A stretch of 32,000 nt of DNA from contig NC_016630.1 in NCBI RefSeq assembly GCF_000163895.2, forward strand, positions 1,597,628-1,629,627, read 5' to 3'. This document shows positions 1 to 7,701 of the stretch, piece by piece. A model generated the notes under the pieces. The model worked only from the letters and a program-made list of their open reading frames with translations. It was not told the origin of the DNA and searched no databases. How positions within the stretch are numbered: position 1 is the first letter of the stretch; each line of letters starts with the position of its first letter. This stretch comes from Filifactor alocis ATCC 35896. GTDB lineage: Bacteria > Bacillota > Clostridia > Peptostreptococcales > Filifactoraceae. Made by a program: the position numbers and the translations under genes.

Positions 1-687
1 AGTTGCAATCAGAAGATTGAGAAAGAGTCTGACAATCGGCACTTCAGGTGTGTAAAGGATACTGAATGTATAATATCCCATATTCGCAATACTGTGTTCA
101 TATCCGGATATGATAAAAGCACTGATAACAAGCACAATCATCACAATCTTTCCGACCTCTTCCTTCATCTTGATTCCGCACAAAATTGCAATACATACCA
201 AAAAGTTACACAATATTGCACGGACAAACAATTGCATATAAGGGATATAAACCTTATTTGGCATTGATAACATGATATATTCTTCTGTTCCTGAAGCTCC
301 TGAAAGATAGAACAAAACAGCAAACAACACTGCTCCGACAAAATTTCCGAAATAGCTTGCCATACAAACTTTCAATGTATCTATCCATGAAACTTTTTTG
401 TCAATAGAACCGAATGACATCACAAAAGTATTTCCCGTAAAAAGTTCTCCGCCTACCATAACAATCAGTAACACTGCCAATGAAAAATAAATACCGCCCA
501 GCATCTTTCCGACAGGAGGATTCGTTTTTGCAAATAGATTGTTACAAATCAAATTCAACCCCAATGCTCCCGAAACGAAAAATCCGGCAAACACACTTCG
601 GATAAAATACTTTAACTTGTAATCATCCAACAGAGTCTTCTTTGTTGTGGCAATATTCGAAATCGTTTCAACTTCTCTAAAAATCAT
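1..687 (-). CDS. Formate/nitrite transporter (FNT) family channel, N-terminal 229 codons only; the C-terminus lies left of the window
   Basis: Missing from the ORF track because it runs off the window edge. My minus-strand translation from ATG 687-685 reads MIFREVETISNIATTKK...VGGELFTGNTF...ISGYEHSIANMGYY. These are the two conserved FNT loop signatures, set among several hydrophobic helices. An AAGGGGTG Shine-Dalgarno lies about 6 nt upstream of the ATG. Confidence 0.85.
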   Translation of the reverse strand, partial: MIFREVETISNIATTKKTLLDDYKLKYFIRSVFAGFFVSGALGLNLICNNLFAKTNPPVGKMLGGIYFSLAVLLIVMVGGELFTGNTFVMSFGSIDKKVSWIDTLKVCMASYFGNFVGAVLFAVLFYLSGASGTEEYIMLSMPNKVYIPYMQLFVRAILCNFLVCIAILCGIKMKEEVGKIVMIVLVISAFIISGYEHSIANMGYYTFSILYTPEVPIVRLFLNLLIAT

Positions 688-973
688 GGCACACACCCCT
701 TATCAACAACATTATTTTCAATCCTAATGTTCTCCATTCAAATTGCCTGCTATCATTGTTTCAAATTGCAATTCATCGTTTCGCTGCACTCCGATTACTT
801 CAATGAAGACGCCGTTGACAGCACTTCTTTCAAATTACACATCAAGGCAATTCAATTAGACTTTCGTATCATTACATTTAGTTCTCATTCAATAGAATCC
901 TCGTGATACACCTACTATTTTACATGAAAATTCATATAAAATCCATACGATTTCGAATTATTTTTAATAAAAC

Positions 974-1009
974 AAAAAAATAGTTCGTTTTATAATGCGT
1001 ACGAACTAT
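974..1009 (-). terminator. Rho-independent terminator downstream of the 69-aa membrane protein gene
   Basis: On the minus strand, a 9-bp stem ATAGTTCGT/ACGAACTAT is followed by TTTTTTTG. It sits about 50 nt after the stop at 1058. Confidence 0.7.
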
Positions 1010-1057
1010 CTCTATATATTATCATTTTTCATATTTTATTCTAATCAATCATTCTCT

Positions 1058-1267
1058 CTACTTCTTTTTGGGTTTCAACAAGAACGATAGAATAAACGCC
1101 GTAATCATCAATACAAAATACACAGCGTAAGCACCGAACAGAATGTTGCTGTTATAAAACAAACCGGTCTTCGAATGATGAATGGCATCTTTTGTAAATA
1201 AGATACCAGATAACAACATGATGCAAAACAATCCCATAAAAATAAAATCCCATCGTCGTGTCTTCAA
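1058..1267 (-). CDS. Small two-helix membrane protein (69 aa), function unknown
   Basis: The TTG start at 1267 is preceded by AAAGGAGAA about 6 nt upstream. There are two hydrophobic segments and a lysine-rich C-terminus (KPKKK). Its own terminator lies at 974-1009. Confidence 0.55.
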   Translation of the reverse strand: MKTRRWDFIFMGLFCIMLLSGILFTKDAIHHSKTGLFYNSNILFGAYAVYFVLMITAFILSFLLKPKKK

Positions 1268-1508
1268 GACTTTCTCCTTTCTCTTACATGTACATTCTAT
1301 TCTTTAATTGATTGCTTCCAATTCACAGTTATTACTTCATCCTATCAATATCACTTCCCTCTCTTTCGAAAATGTGAAAAACATATTCCTTTCAAAGTTC
1401 AATAAATCGCAATTGATAAGGTTTTCGTAGAGAAATGACCATTTCGAAGAAAGAATTACACAATCAATCCATTTTCAGTTTATCACTATCACTCTAAGGT
1501 ATGAAGGA

Positions 1509-1964
1509 TTAATCATCGGAACTCTTTTTCAAACTGATATAAGAAATAATCAAATAAACGCCGGACAACGCCAGTGCTACTCCCAAACCGCTGTAGAACA
1601 CTGCTATAAATGTGTTAGATACCAAACTTGATTTCCGAAGTGCAATGCCGAAACTCATCATACAAGCCATGATGATGTAGGACTTTCGTGCAAAAAAATG
1701 CCAAAAAGGACGATGTGTCTCTTCAAACAACAAAATCCATTCCTTATTTTTCCGACTCATCCGAAAGAACATCCATACAAATGGAATAAATACCGTTATC
1801 GATAACAAGATGTACAAAATTGTAATCTCATCCATCTGAAGATAGCTCTTTAATCCCAATCTCATCACATTGTAGCCCGCAGCAAACCACACCAAACCGG
1901 CTATCAAAACTAACTTTTCTTTTGTAACGGAAAAGAAACCCTTTTGTTTTTGTTGCATCTTCAC
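1509..1964 (-). CDS. Hypothetical integral membrane protein (151 aa, about 4 helices)
   Basis: ATG start with an AAGGGGTG RBS. Four hydrophobic stretches are separated by basic loops. It starts 26 nt after the stop of the upstream lipoprotein gene, so co-transcription is likely. Confidence 0.7.
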   Translation of the reverse strand: MKMQQKQKGFFSVTKEKLVLIAGLVWFAAGYNVMRLGLKSYLQMDEITILYILLSITVFIPFVWMFFRMSRKNKEWILLFEETHRPFWHFFARKSYIIMACMMSFGIALRKSSLVSNTFIAVFYSGLGVALALSGVYLIISYISLKKSSDD

Positions 1965-1990
1965 ACCCCTTACTATGACAACACAATTTT

Positions 1991-2551
1991 TTACTTTTCA
2001 AATGTTGCCGTAATCACAAATGCTCTGTCGCATTGGACATTTCGAAATCGGCGTAATGTATCAGCAGGAAAAGAGTTATCGCCTTCTTTTATTGCAAACA
2101 TGCCCAAAAGAGGAACTTCCTTACTTTCTTCTATCGGTTGCTCATGCTCCATATACAATGTCATGCCGGAATCATGTTCAAAATCAAACCCGTCTCCCAA
2201 AGTCGTCAGACTCTCCCCCTCGGTCATTAACACAAACTCCGACATCTTTTCTCCGATTCGAACTCCTGCCACATGATACTGATCTTCCAACTTCAATTCA
2301 GATGTCAACACATCAGATGATCTCCACTCTCCGTTTTCGATTGTCCATATTCTGATGGTACAATGTTTCAAATCCGTTGAAAATTCATAGTAATTGCTCT
2401 TTGAATCAAACGAATTTACCAGACGTTCCGTTTCTTCCGTCAAAACAAGAGGACGAATCGTTTCATGTTGAACTTTTTTACTGTAGGTTTCACATCCCAC
2501 AAGCAAAGTAATTAGTAACAAACAAGCACAAAGCAAAACACTCTTTCTCAT
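1991..2551 (-). CDS. Putative lipoprotein (186 aa), function unknown
   Basis: The signal peptide MRKSVLLCACLLLITLLVGC ends in a lipobox (L-V-G-C). I prefer the ATG at 2551 (M8 of the track ORF) because GAGGGG lies 6 nt upstream. The track start at 2572 has no RBS. Confidence 0.75.
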   Translation of the reverse strand: MRKSVLLCACLLLITLLVGCETYSKKVQHETIRPLVLTEETERLVNSFDSKSNYYEFSTDLKHCTIRIWTIENGEWRSSDVLTSELKLEDQYHVAGVRIGEKMSEFVLMTEGESLTTLGDGFDFEHDSGMTLYMEHEQPIEESKEVPLLGMFAIKEGDNSFPADTLRRFRNVQCDRAFVITATFEK

Positions 2552-2723
2552 CTTAGTCCCCTCTTTTCTCATCCATTCTCAAAAAAATTTTATGTGACTG
2601 ATTTCTTCCATTCTCTTATCAAAATCGTTTGTTTTCCATACCCATTTGTAAAATACTTCAAATTTCCACCACCAAACGCATTCCCATAAAGGTACAAATT
2701 TTGAAAATGTTCCCTAATCATTC

Positions 2724-2750
2724 AAAAAATAGACTATTTCTCATAGTTCT
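2724..2750 (-). terminator. Rho-independent terminator after the flavodoxin-like gene
   Basis: On the minus strand, stem AGA(A)CTAT/ATAGTCT with a GAGAA loop is followed by ATTTTTTG. It sits about 55 nt after the stop at 2806. Confidence 0.6.
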
Positions 2751-2805
2751 CCTATGAAACAACTTCCCTACTGTTACATTATCATTCCTGCTCAAACTAA
2801 TACAA

Positions 2806-3258
2806 CTATTCAACCTTACACATTTGCTGAATCGAAGAATAGATTTTTTCCAAATCTTTTTCATTGGGATGATTTTTTGCAATGCCACCTATTTTTGCCA
2901 AAAATCCATAGGTATCAAACCCTCTGCAGTAGCAATCTCCCAAAACAGTTGCACCTTTCTGTTCCAATATTTTTTTCAGTTTCTTGGCATAATCTTGGAC
3001 TTTGATTCCGCAAGTGTATAATAAAATCACATTTTTTCCTAATACATCAACTGTTTCAATATATTCCAAAATAGACTTGTGAAATTGACCGAAATAGATT
3101 CCCGATGCAAAAATAACTGTATCGTATTCGCTGACATCAAACGCTTTTTCTTTCGTAACATCCACAACAGTAGCAGAAATTTTCGTACTGAGATAATCAA
3201 CTGCTTTCTTGGTATTTCCGTGATGAACCGACGCATAAATCATTGCAATATTTCCCAT
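2806..3258 (-). CDS. Flavodoxin-family protein (150 aa)
   Basis: The N-terminus IAMIYASVHHGNTKKAVDYL matches the flavodoxin-like phosphate-binding loop pattern. The size and alternating beta/alpha character also fit. It lies 43 nt downstream of the YbaK-like gene. Confidence 0.75.
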   Translation of the reverse strand: MGNIAMIYASVHHGNTKKAVDYLSTKISATVVDVTKEKAFDVSEYDTVIFASGIYFGQFHKSILEYIETVDVLGKNVILLYTCGIKVQDYAKKLKKILEQKGATVLGDCYCRGFDTYGFLAKIGGIAKNHPNEKDLEKIYSSIQQMCKVE

Positions 3259-3301
3259 GTAAATCCCTAACCTTTCTTATTCTTTGTTTTTTAACTTTTT
3301 C

Positions 3302-3772
3302 TTATTCCAAATCTTCGCTCACATCAACAAAGTCCTTTGCACCGGAATATCTCATAAGCTCTTCAACTGACAACTCAATGGCGCTGTTACAGCTTCCGGC
3401 TGCCGGAAACACTGTCTCAAATCTCTTCAAAGAAGAATCCAAATATACCTCAACACCCGTTTTGACAGCGAAAGGACACACCCCGCCGATTTCATGACCT
3501 ATGAGTTTCTCTACCAAATCCTTAGGAATCATCTTTGCCTTTGTGTGAAAGATCTCCTTATATTTTGAATTCGAAATTCGAGCATCGCCGGCAAGCACAA
3601 TCAAAACCGGTTGCTCCTTTCCCAAAAAAGACATCGTTTTGGCAATCCTCTTCGGTTCACACCCCACCGCCTCCGCAGCCAATTCCACAGTGGCACTCGA
3701 TACATCGAACTCCAAAATTCTATCTTGTATCCCATACTGTCTAAAATACTCTTTCACGTTTTCGATTGCCAT
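3302..3772 (-). CDS. YbaK/EbsC-family aminoacyl-tRNA trans-editing (deacylase) domain protein
   Basis: The sequence MAIENVKEYFRQYGIQDRILEFDVSSATVELAAEAVGCEPKRIAKTMSFL...GGVCPF is typical of YbaK/ProX-type domains. I use the ATG at 3772 (M21 of the track ORF), which has GAGGT 7 nt upstream. The track start is a TTG 4 nt after the tetR stop and has no RBS. Confidence 0.8.
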   Translation of the reverse strand: MAIENVKEYFRQYGIQDRILEFDVSSATVELAAEAVGCEPKRIAKTMSFLGKEQPVLIVLAGDARISNSKYKEIFHTKAKMIPKDLVEKLIGHEIGGVCPFAVKTGVEVYLDSSLKRFETVFPAAGSCNSAIELSVEELMRYSGAKDFVDVSEDLE

Positions 3773-3836
3773 ATCCGTTACCTCATCTTTCATGAACTTT
3801 GTGCACCGCAAAACATCTGATATCGTAGTCAAACAA

Positions 3837-4427
3837 CTATCGCTTTATCTTCTTCAATACAAAAACAGTCATTTCTTCTAACAGCTGTCTGTTAGTTGCA
3901 AAACTTTCTCTTGCATCCAATACATCAGAAGCCAAAATAATCGCATTCATAAAATCTGTCATAAAATCAAAAGTTGCCATATCCGGAAATACATTGAAAT
4001 CATCCTTCAAAATATTGCTAAATTCAGCTAATGTTTTTTTCTTCAAATCTTGAAACAGTAACTCCAGCTTAGGATTTCTCTTTTTTTCTATCAAAAACTG
4101 CACATAGATTGGCATATAGAAATTGTCATCAATCATTTTTTGAACCAATTGCTTTGCCAAAAATTCTACCTCACATCCCTTTTGATACTCGTCCAAATGA
4201 CTGAAAATAATCTTATTTCGATATTCCATTCCGGAAATCATCAAATCTGCCAAAATATCCATTGTATTACCATAGTAATGATACACTCCGCCTTTCGACA
4301 TCGTAGTTCCGGCAATAATATCCTCCATTGTCGTCTTTGAAAATCCTTTTTCGATGATAACTTTTGCAGCCGACTGCATAATTTCTTTTTTTCTTTCTTC
4401 CTTACTCAGTCTCTTCACTGCGCCCAT
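3837..4427 (-). CDS. TetR/AcrR-family transcriptional regulator
   Basis: N-terminal HTH EIMQSAAKVIIEKGFSKTTMEDIIAGTTMSKGGVYHYY followed by a helical C-terminal domain. A GAGGAGAGG RBS precedes the ATG. Confidence 0.9.
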   Translation of the reverse strand: MGAVKRLSKEERKKEIMQSAAKVIIEKGFSKTTMEDIIAGTTMSKGGVYHYYGNTMDILADLMISGMEYRNKIIFSHLDEYQKGCEVEFLAKQLVQKMIDDNFYMPIYVQFLIEKKRNPKLELLFQDLKKKTLAEFSNILKDDFNVFPDMATFDFMTDFMNAIILASDVLDARESFATNRQLLEEMTVFVLKKIKR

Positions 4428-4600
4428 GCAATCCTCTCCTCATCCATATATGACACTTTCTATAACTATATTATACATGAATAAAATCGGAGTCTCCACT
4501 TTTTACATATCTTTTTCCATTACTCCGGTCAAAACACTAACATCATCCCTATTCGATTGCTCATTACGGTTCAAACTGACAATATCTTTATCGGGAGAAT

Positions 4601-4618
4601 GTATCATTTAATTGATAC
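4601..4618. promoter_or_regulatory. Near-perfect 18-bp palindrome, candidate TetR operator
   Basis: GTATCAtTTAAtTGATAC has 16 of 18 positions symmetric. It lies 174 nt upstream of the tetR ATG in the tetR upstream intergenic region. Confidence 0.3.
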
Positions 4619-4710
4619 CAAAGTATTATTGCAACGAATAAAGGATAATGATTTTCGACAAATCAAACAATACAGACGGTACGACAGAAAAACTCCGATA
4701 AATTTCTACA

Positions 4711-4980
4711 CTAACGCCCTTTTTTGAAACAGCCACCACCTCGGTAAGTATTGACAACACAAGTAAACTCTTGATTGCACCGAGGACACTTCACAATATG
4801 ATAGATGATATCATCCACCCACATCTGATTCACTTGATGACAGCCAAGCGGACAAGTTCCTTCCACAACTAAAAATCCCTTTTTGTCTACTAACTCAAAG
4901 ATGGACTCCACAATCTGCTCATAGTGTTTCGGACTTTGAATTCTCTCAACCAACGGAATATCTTTACAATAATCACACAT
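4711..4980 (-). CDS. Small cysteine-rich protein (89 aa), probable zinc-binding, function unknown
   Basis: Eight Cys residues arranged as CxxC (2,5), CxxxC (43,47), CxxC (65,68), C74 and C84. The ATG at 4980 has GGAGGGG 8 nt upstream; the track start at 5016 lacks an RBS. Confidence 0.6.
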   Translation of the reverse strand: MCDYCKDIPLVERIQSPKHYEQIVESIFELVDKKGFLVVEGTCPLGCHQVNQMWVDDIIYHIVKCPRCNQEFTCVVNTYRGGGCFKKGR

Positions 4981-5103
4981 TTTAACCGCCCCTCCATAAG
5001 ACTTTGCATCTCTCAAAAATATCGTTTTATAAAAAAATCATCAGTCCTTCTACTAATTTCGATATTTCTCTTTATGATGAACTATCATCCTGATATTGTC
5101 CAA

Positions 5104-5649
5104 TTACTTTCTAAAAAAACTTTTCTGATTTTTATTTTTTATGTTATCCATAAAGAAAATACCGATTCCCACCACAATACACAGATAAAACAAAACACTC
5201 AAAAACACTAAGTTGTATTGTTGTACAAAATAATAGTAACTTAACCCTGTAAGTCTCCCCCATTCATAAACCCGTCTTCCATCTACTTCTGTAATATAAG
5301 GAATCATCACTTTTATGAATCGAGAGAAGATATAAATTACGAAATTTCCAAGCAAGCCGAATAGCAAAATCAATATCCCTATTTTTTTCTGTTGTGTCTT
5401 TTTGGTAACTCCTTTACCGGTTTCTTTTTCTGACCTATGAATCTCCTGTTCACACTCATCATTCAACAAATAATCTGTTGTGACACAAAACACCTTGCTC
5501 AATTGCAATATATTGGAAACATCCGGTTGTGCTGTTCCCATTTCCCAACGTGAAATTGCTTGTCTTGATACATTTAATTTCCCTGCTAATTCTTCTTGTG
5601 ACATTCCATATTGTTTTCGAAGTGCAAGGATTTTTTCTTCAAGTTTCAT
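5104..5649 (-). CDS. XRE-family HTH regulator with a C-terminal two-helix membrane anchor
   Basis: HTH_3-type N-terminus LRKQYGMSQEELAGKLNVSRQAISRWEMGTAQP. A basic linker (KKTQQKK) follows, then two hydrophobic helices. AAAGGAGG RBS. Confidence 0.85.
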   Translation of the reverse strand: MKLEEKILALRKQYGMSQEELAGKLNVSRQAISRWEMGTAQPDVSNILQLSKVFCVTTDYLLNDECEQEIHRSEKETGKGVTKKTQQKKIGILILLFGLLGNFVIYIFSRFIKVMIPYITEVDGRRVYEWGRLTGLSYYYFVQQYNLVFLSVLFYLCIVVGIGIFFMDNIKNKNQKSFFRK

Positions 5650-5802
5650 ACTGAAATCCTCCTTTATTGTTTTGAATGTAGTGTATCAAATGATAGTTCA
5701 TCAAACCAGCACAACCTCTTTACATTTCCGCAACAAAACTTTACATCTATTGAAAATTCATTGTTCTAAGATATTTTAATTGATTTGTAATATCTGAACA
5801 GT

Positions 5803-5817
5803 GTTGAAATTTTCAAC
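5803..5817. promoter_or_regulatory. 15-bp perfect palindrome, candidate operator upstream of the XRE gene
   Basis: GTTGAAA-T-TTTCAAC lies about 155 nt upstream of the XRE ATG at 5649. With a 1-nt centre it cannot form a useful RNA hairpin, so a protein-binding site is more likely. Confidence 0.3.
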
Positions 5818-6052
5818 TTGTTCTTTATCCTTTCACATTTTCTTTTTTCCTGACGTTGTTTTTTATATCGTACAAAAATCTCAAATTTTTCACTTTTATC
5901 AACATCAAGCACAATCGAATACACAATAACACTCCGGTTCATTTTCTCTAAATAACCAAAATACCATTTGTACAATCAACCATATGATTTGTATCTGATT
6001 CTGACGAATCCTAACAGGATGAATCCTCTACAAACATTGATTCTCTAATTCT

Positions 6053-6703
6053 TTATCTTGTTCTTTTCTGTCTTTTTATCAACAGTACCCCTGTTGTAAC
6101 CAAAAGGATTCCTATTCCTACCACAAACTTCCAAATATCAACCATACCCGTGTTTTCAATTACAATAGAAGTAGATCCGTCGGCTCCTCCTATGGCATCA
6201 GTCTTATCAGGATGTTTGACAGATGTTTCTTCTTTCGGTTCCGATTGTTCCGTATGTTTACCGGTGTCTTTATCGGAGCTGTTTAGTAGTCTTTTCAATT
6301 CAGCTTTTGCGAAGTCTCCGTTGTTAATATAGTCCTCTAATCGCTTTGTCATAGGATAGTCGTCAGAAAGCTCTATCCTCCCGTTTTCAAATTTCTTTAT
6401 CTTATAGAGAGTTAAATTGTTTTCATCAGCATACCCACAAAGTACAGTTTCTCCTGCTTTGACATCACCTAAAATCAAAGAAGAACGAACAGGGTAAGTC
6501 TGCTTACTACCTTCTTCAAACTCCCCCTTAATATTGTATCTTTGAATCAGCGTAACACTTTCTTCCGTCATTTCTTTCACTTCACCGATAAATGTTTGTG
6601 TATCCTCATCCTGTAATAACCATTCCGGAATATCTCCCGCAAAAGATACATTCGGTACAAAAATTACTACAATCAATAATAGGACTGTTGAAATTTTTTT
6701 CAT
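6053..6703 (-). CDS. Secreted cell-surface protein with N-terminal signal peptide and C-terminal hydrophobic anchor plus basic tail
   Basis: Signal peptide MKKISTVLLLIVVIFVPNVSFA. The C-terminus reads IENTG-MVDIWKFVVGIGILLVTTGVLLI-KRQKRTR. GGGAG lies 7 nt before the ATG at 6703. This start overlaps the upstream stop codon (TGATG), which suggests translational coupling. Confidence 0.75.
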   Translation of the reverse strand: MKKISTVLLLIVVIFVPNVSFAGDIPEWLLQDEDTQTFIGEVKEMTEESVTLIQRYNIKGEFEEGSKQTYPVRSSLILGDVKAGETVLCGYADENNLTLYKIKKFENGRIELSDDYPMTKRLEDYINNGDFAKAELKRLLNSSDKDTGKHTEQSEPKEETSVKHPDKTDAIGGADGSTSIVIENTGMVDIWKFVVGIGILLVTTGVLLIKRQKRTR

Positions 6704-7017
6704 CACAAAACTCCCTTCTTTCCGTCTTTCCGTTTTTTTTGAATTACCTTCAGCACATCACATACCAAAACCCCGAATGTACTTCCTAAACAGAACCATC
6801 CCAAAAATAAAATTCCAAATGCCTCTGCATAAGAAACAACCTTCGGAGCCGTCATTTCACAAAAAAGATAAATCCCAAAAGAAACAAAAGTCCCTATGAG
6901 ACACCATTTCAGTTGTTTCCAAACATAAGAAAATGCCACAGATACTCCAAGCCCTATCACAAAAAGAAAAATATCTTTTGATTGGAGCAACTCTTGTAGA
7001 ATAGGTAGCCTTGACAT
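6703..7017 (-). CDS. Hypothetical membrane protein (104 aa, about 3 helices)
   Basis: The ATG at 7017 (M24 of the track ORF) is preceded by AAGAGGT. The sequence is hydrophobic with a basic C-terminal tail (KKRKDGKKG). Its stop overlaps the start of the next gene. Confidence 0.6.
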   Translation of the reverse strand: MSRLPILQELLQSKDIFLFVIGLGVSVAFSYVWKQLKWCLIGTFVSFGIYLFCEMTAPKVVSYAEAFGILFLGWFCLGSTFGVLVCDVLKVIQKKRKDGKKGVL

Positions 7018-7204
7018 TATAACCTCTTTTCTCACAACAATTCTGTTTGTATTGTTGTGTATCTTTTTCCTTGTGTACACAAACAACTTTCCCGTCCTTT
7101 TTGATGAAATTCAAATAAAAAGAGAAGCACCCGCTATTCATTTCGTTGTTTGCACAAACTCAAATATCACCTATGAAAAGTACATACATCATTTATCAAT
7201 CACT

Positions 7205-7690
7205 CTAATACAGCTTTGCCATAGTATATTCATCTACATACTCTCCATTGACACGCATCGTATGTTTTTTGACTCCTTCCACCACAAATCCGTTTTTTCG
7301 GTACAGATGAATGGCAGGTTCGTTATCGCAACGCACGGTAAGTTCTAACCTTGTAATATGATTCGTTCTCGCCCAATCATCCAACATCGCAAAAAATTGA
7401 CTTCCTATGCCACGATGACAATATGCTTTTTGGATTCCAACCACAATATAAGCGGAATGTTGAATTCGTCTGGCAGTACCTCTTTCTGCCGATAAAAATC
7501 CCACGATGTCTTTTTCTTCAAATGCTCCTACCAAAAAATCTTGTTCCCTTTGCATCTTAACTTCCAACAAATCCTGATTCCAAACCCTTTCATCCGGTTC
7601 ATATAACATGTACTCCGTCTCTTGGTCGATTGCTTTCATACAGTCATAAAAAGCTCGTACATCTTCTCTTTTTATCTGTCTAAAGTCCAT
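7205..7690 (-). CDS. GNAT-family N-acetyltransferase
   Basis: Acetyl-CoA-binding motif VGIQKAYCHRGIGSQFF (Q/R-x-x-G-x-G/A) and a typical 160-aa GNAT layout. AAAGGAGAAGG RBS. It starts 11 nt after the ATPase stop. Confidence 0.9.
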   Translation of the reverse strand: MDFRQIKREDVRAFYDCMKAIDQETEYMLYEPDERVWNQDLLEVKMQREQDFLVGAFEEKDIVGFLSAERGTARRIQHSAYIVVGIQKAYCHRGIGSQFFAMLDDWARTNHITRLELTVRCDNEPAIHLYRKNGFVVEGVKKHTMRVNGEYVDEYTMAKLY

Positions 7691-7701
7691 ATCCTTCTCC
7701 T

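Noticed and set aside
5766-5975. 69-aa minus-strand ORF between the surface-protein gene and the XRE gene.
   Set aside because: The TTG start follows directly after a stop codon. The internal ATG has only a weak GAGA upstream. The product is highly basic and low complexity, and the ORF contains the 15-bp palindrome that looks like an operator. The frame stays open for 33 codons beyond its TAG, so a gene remnant is possible, but I cannot support a live CDS.
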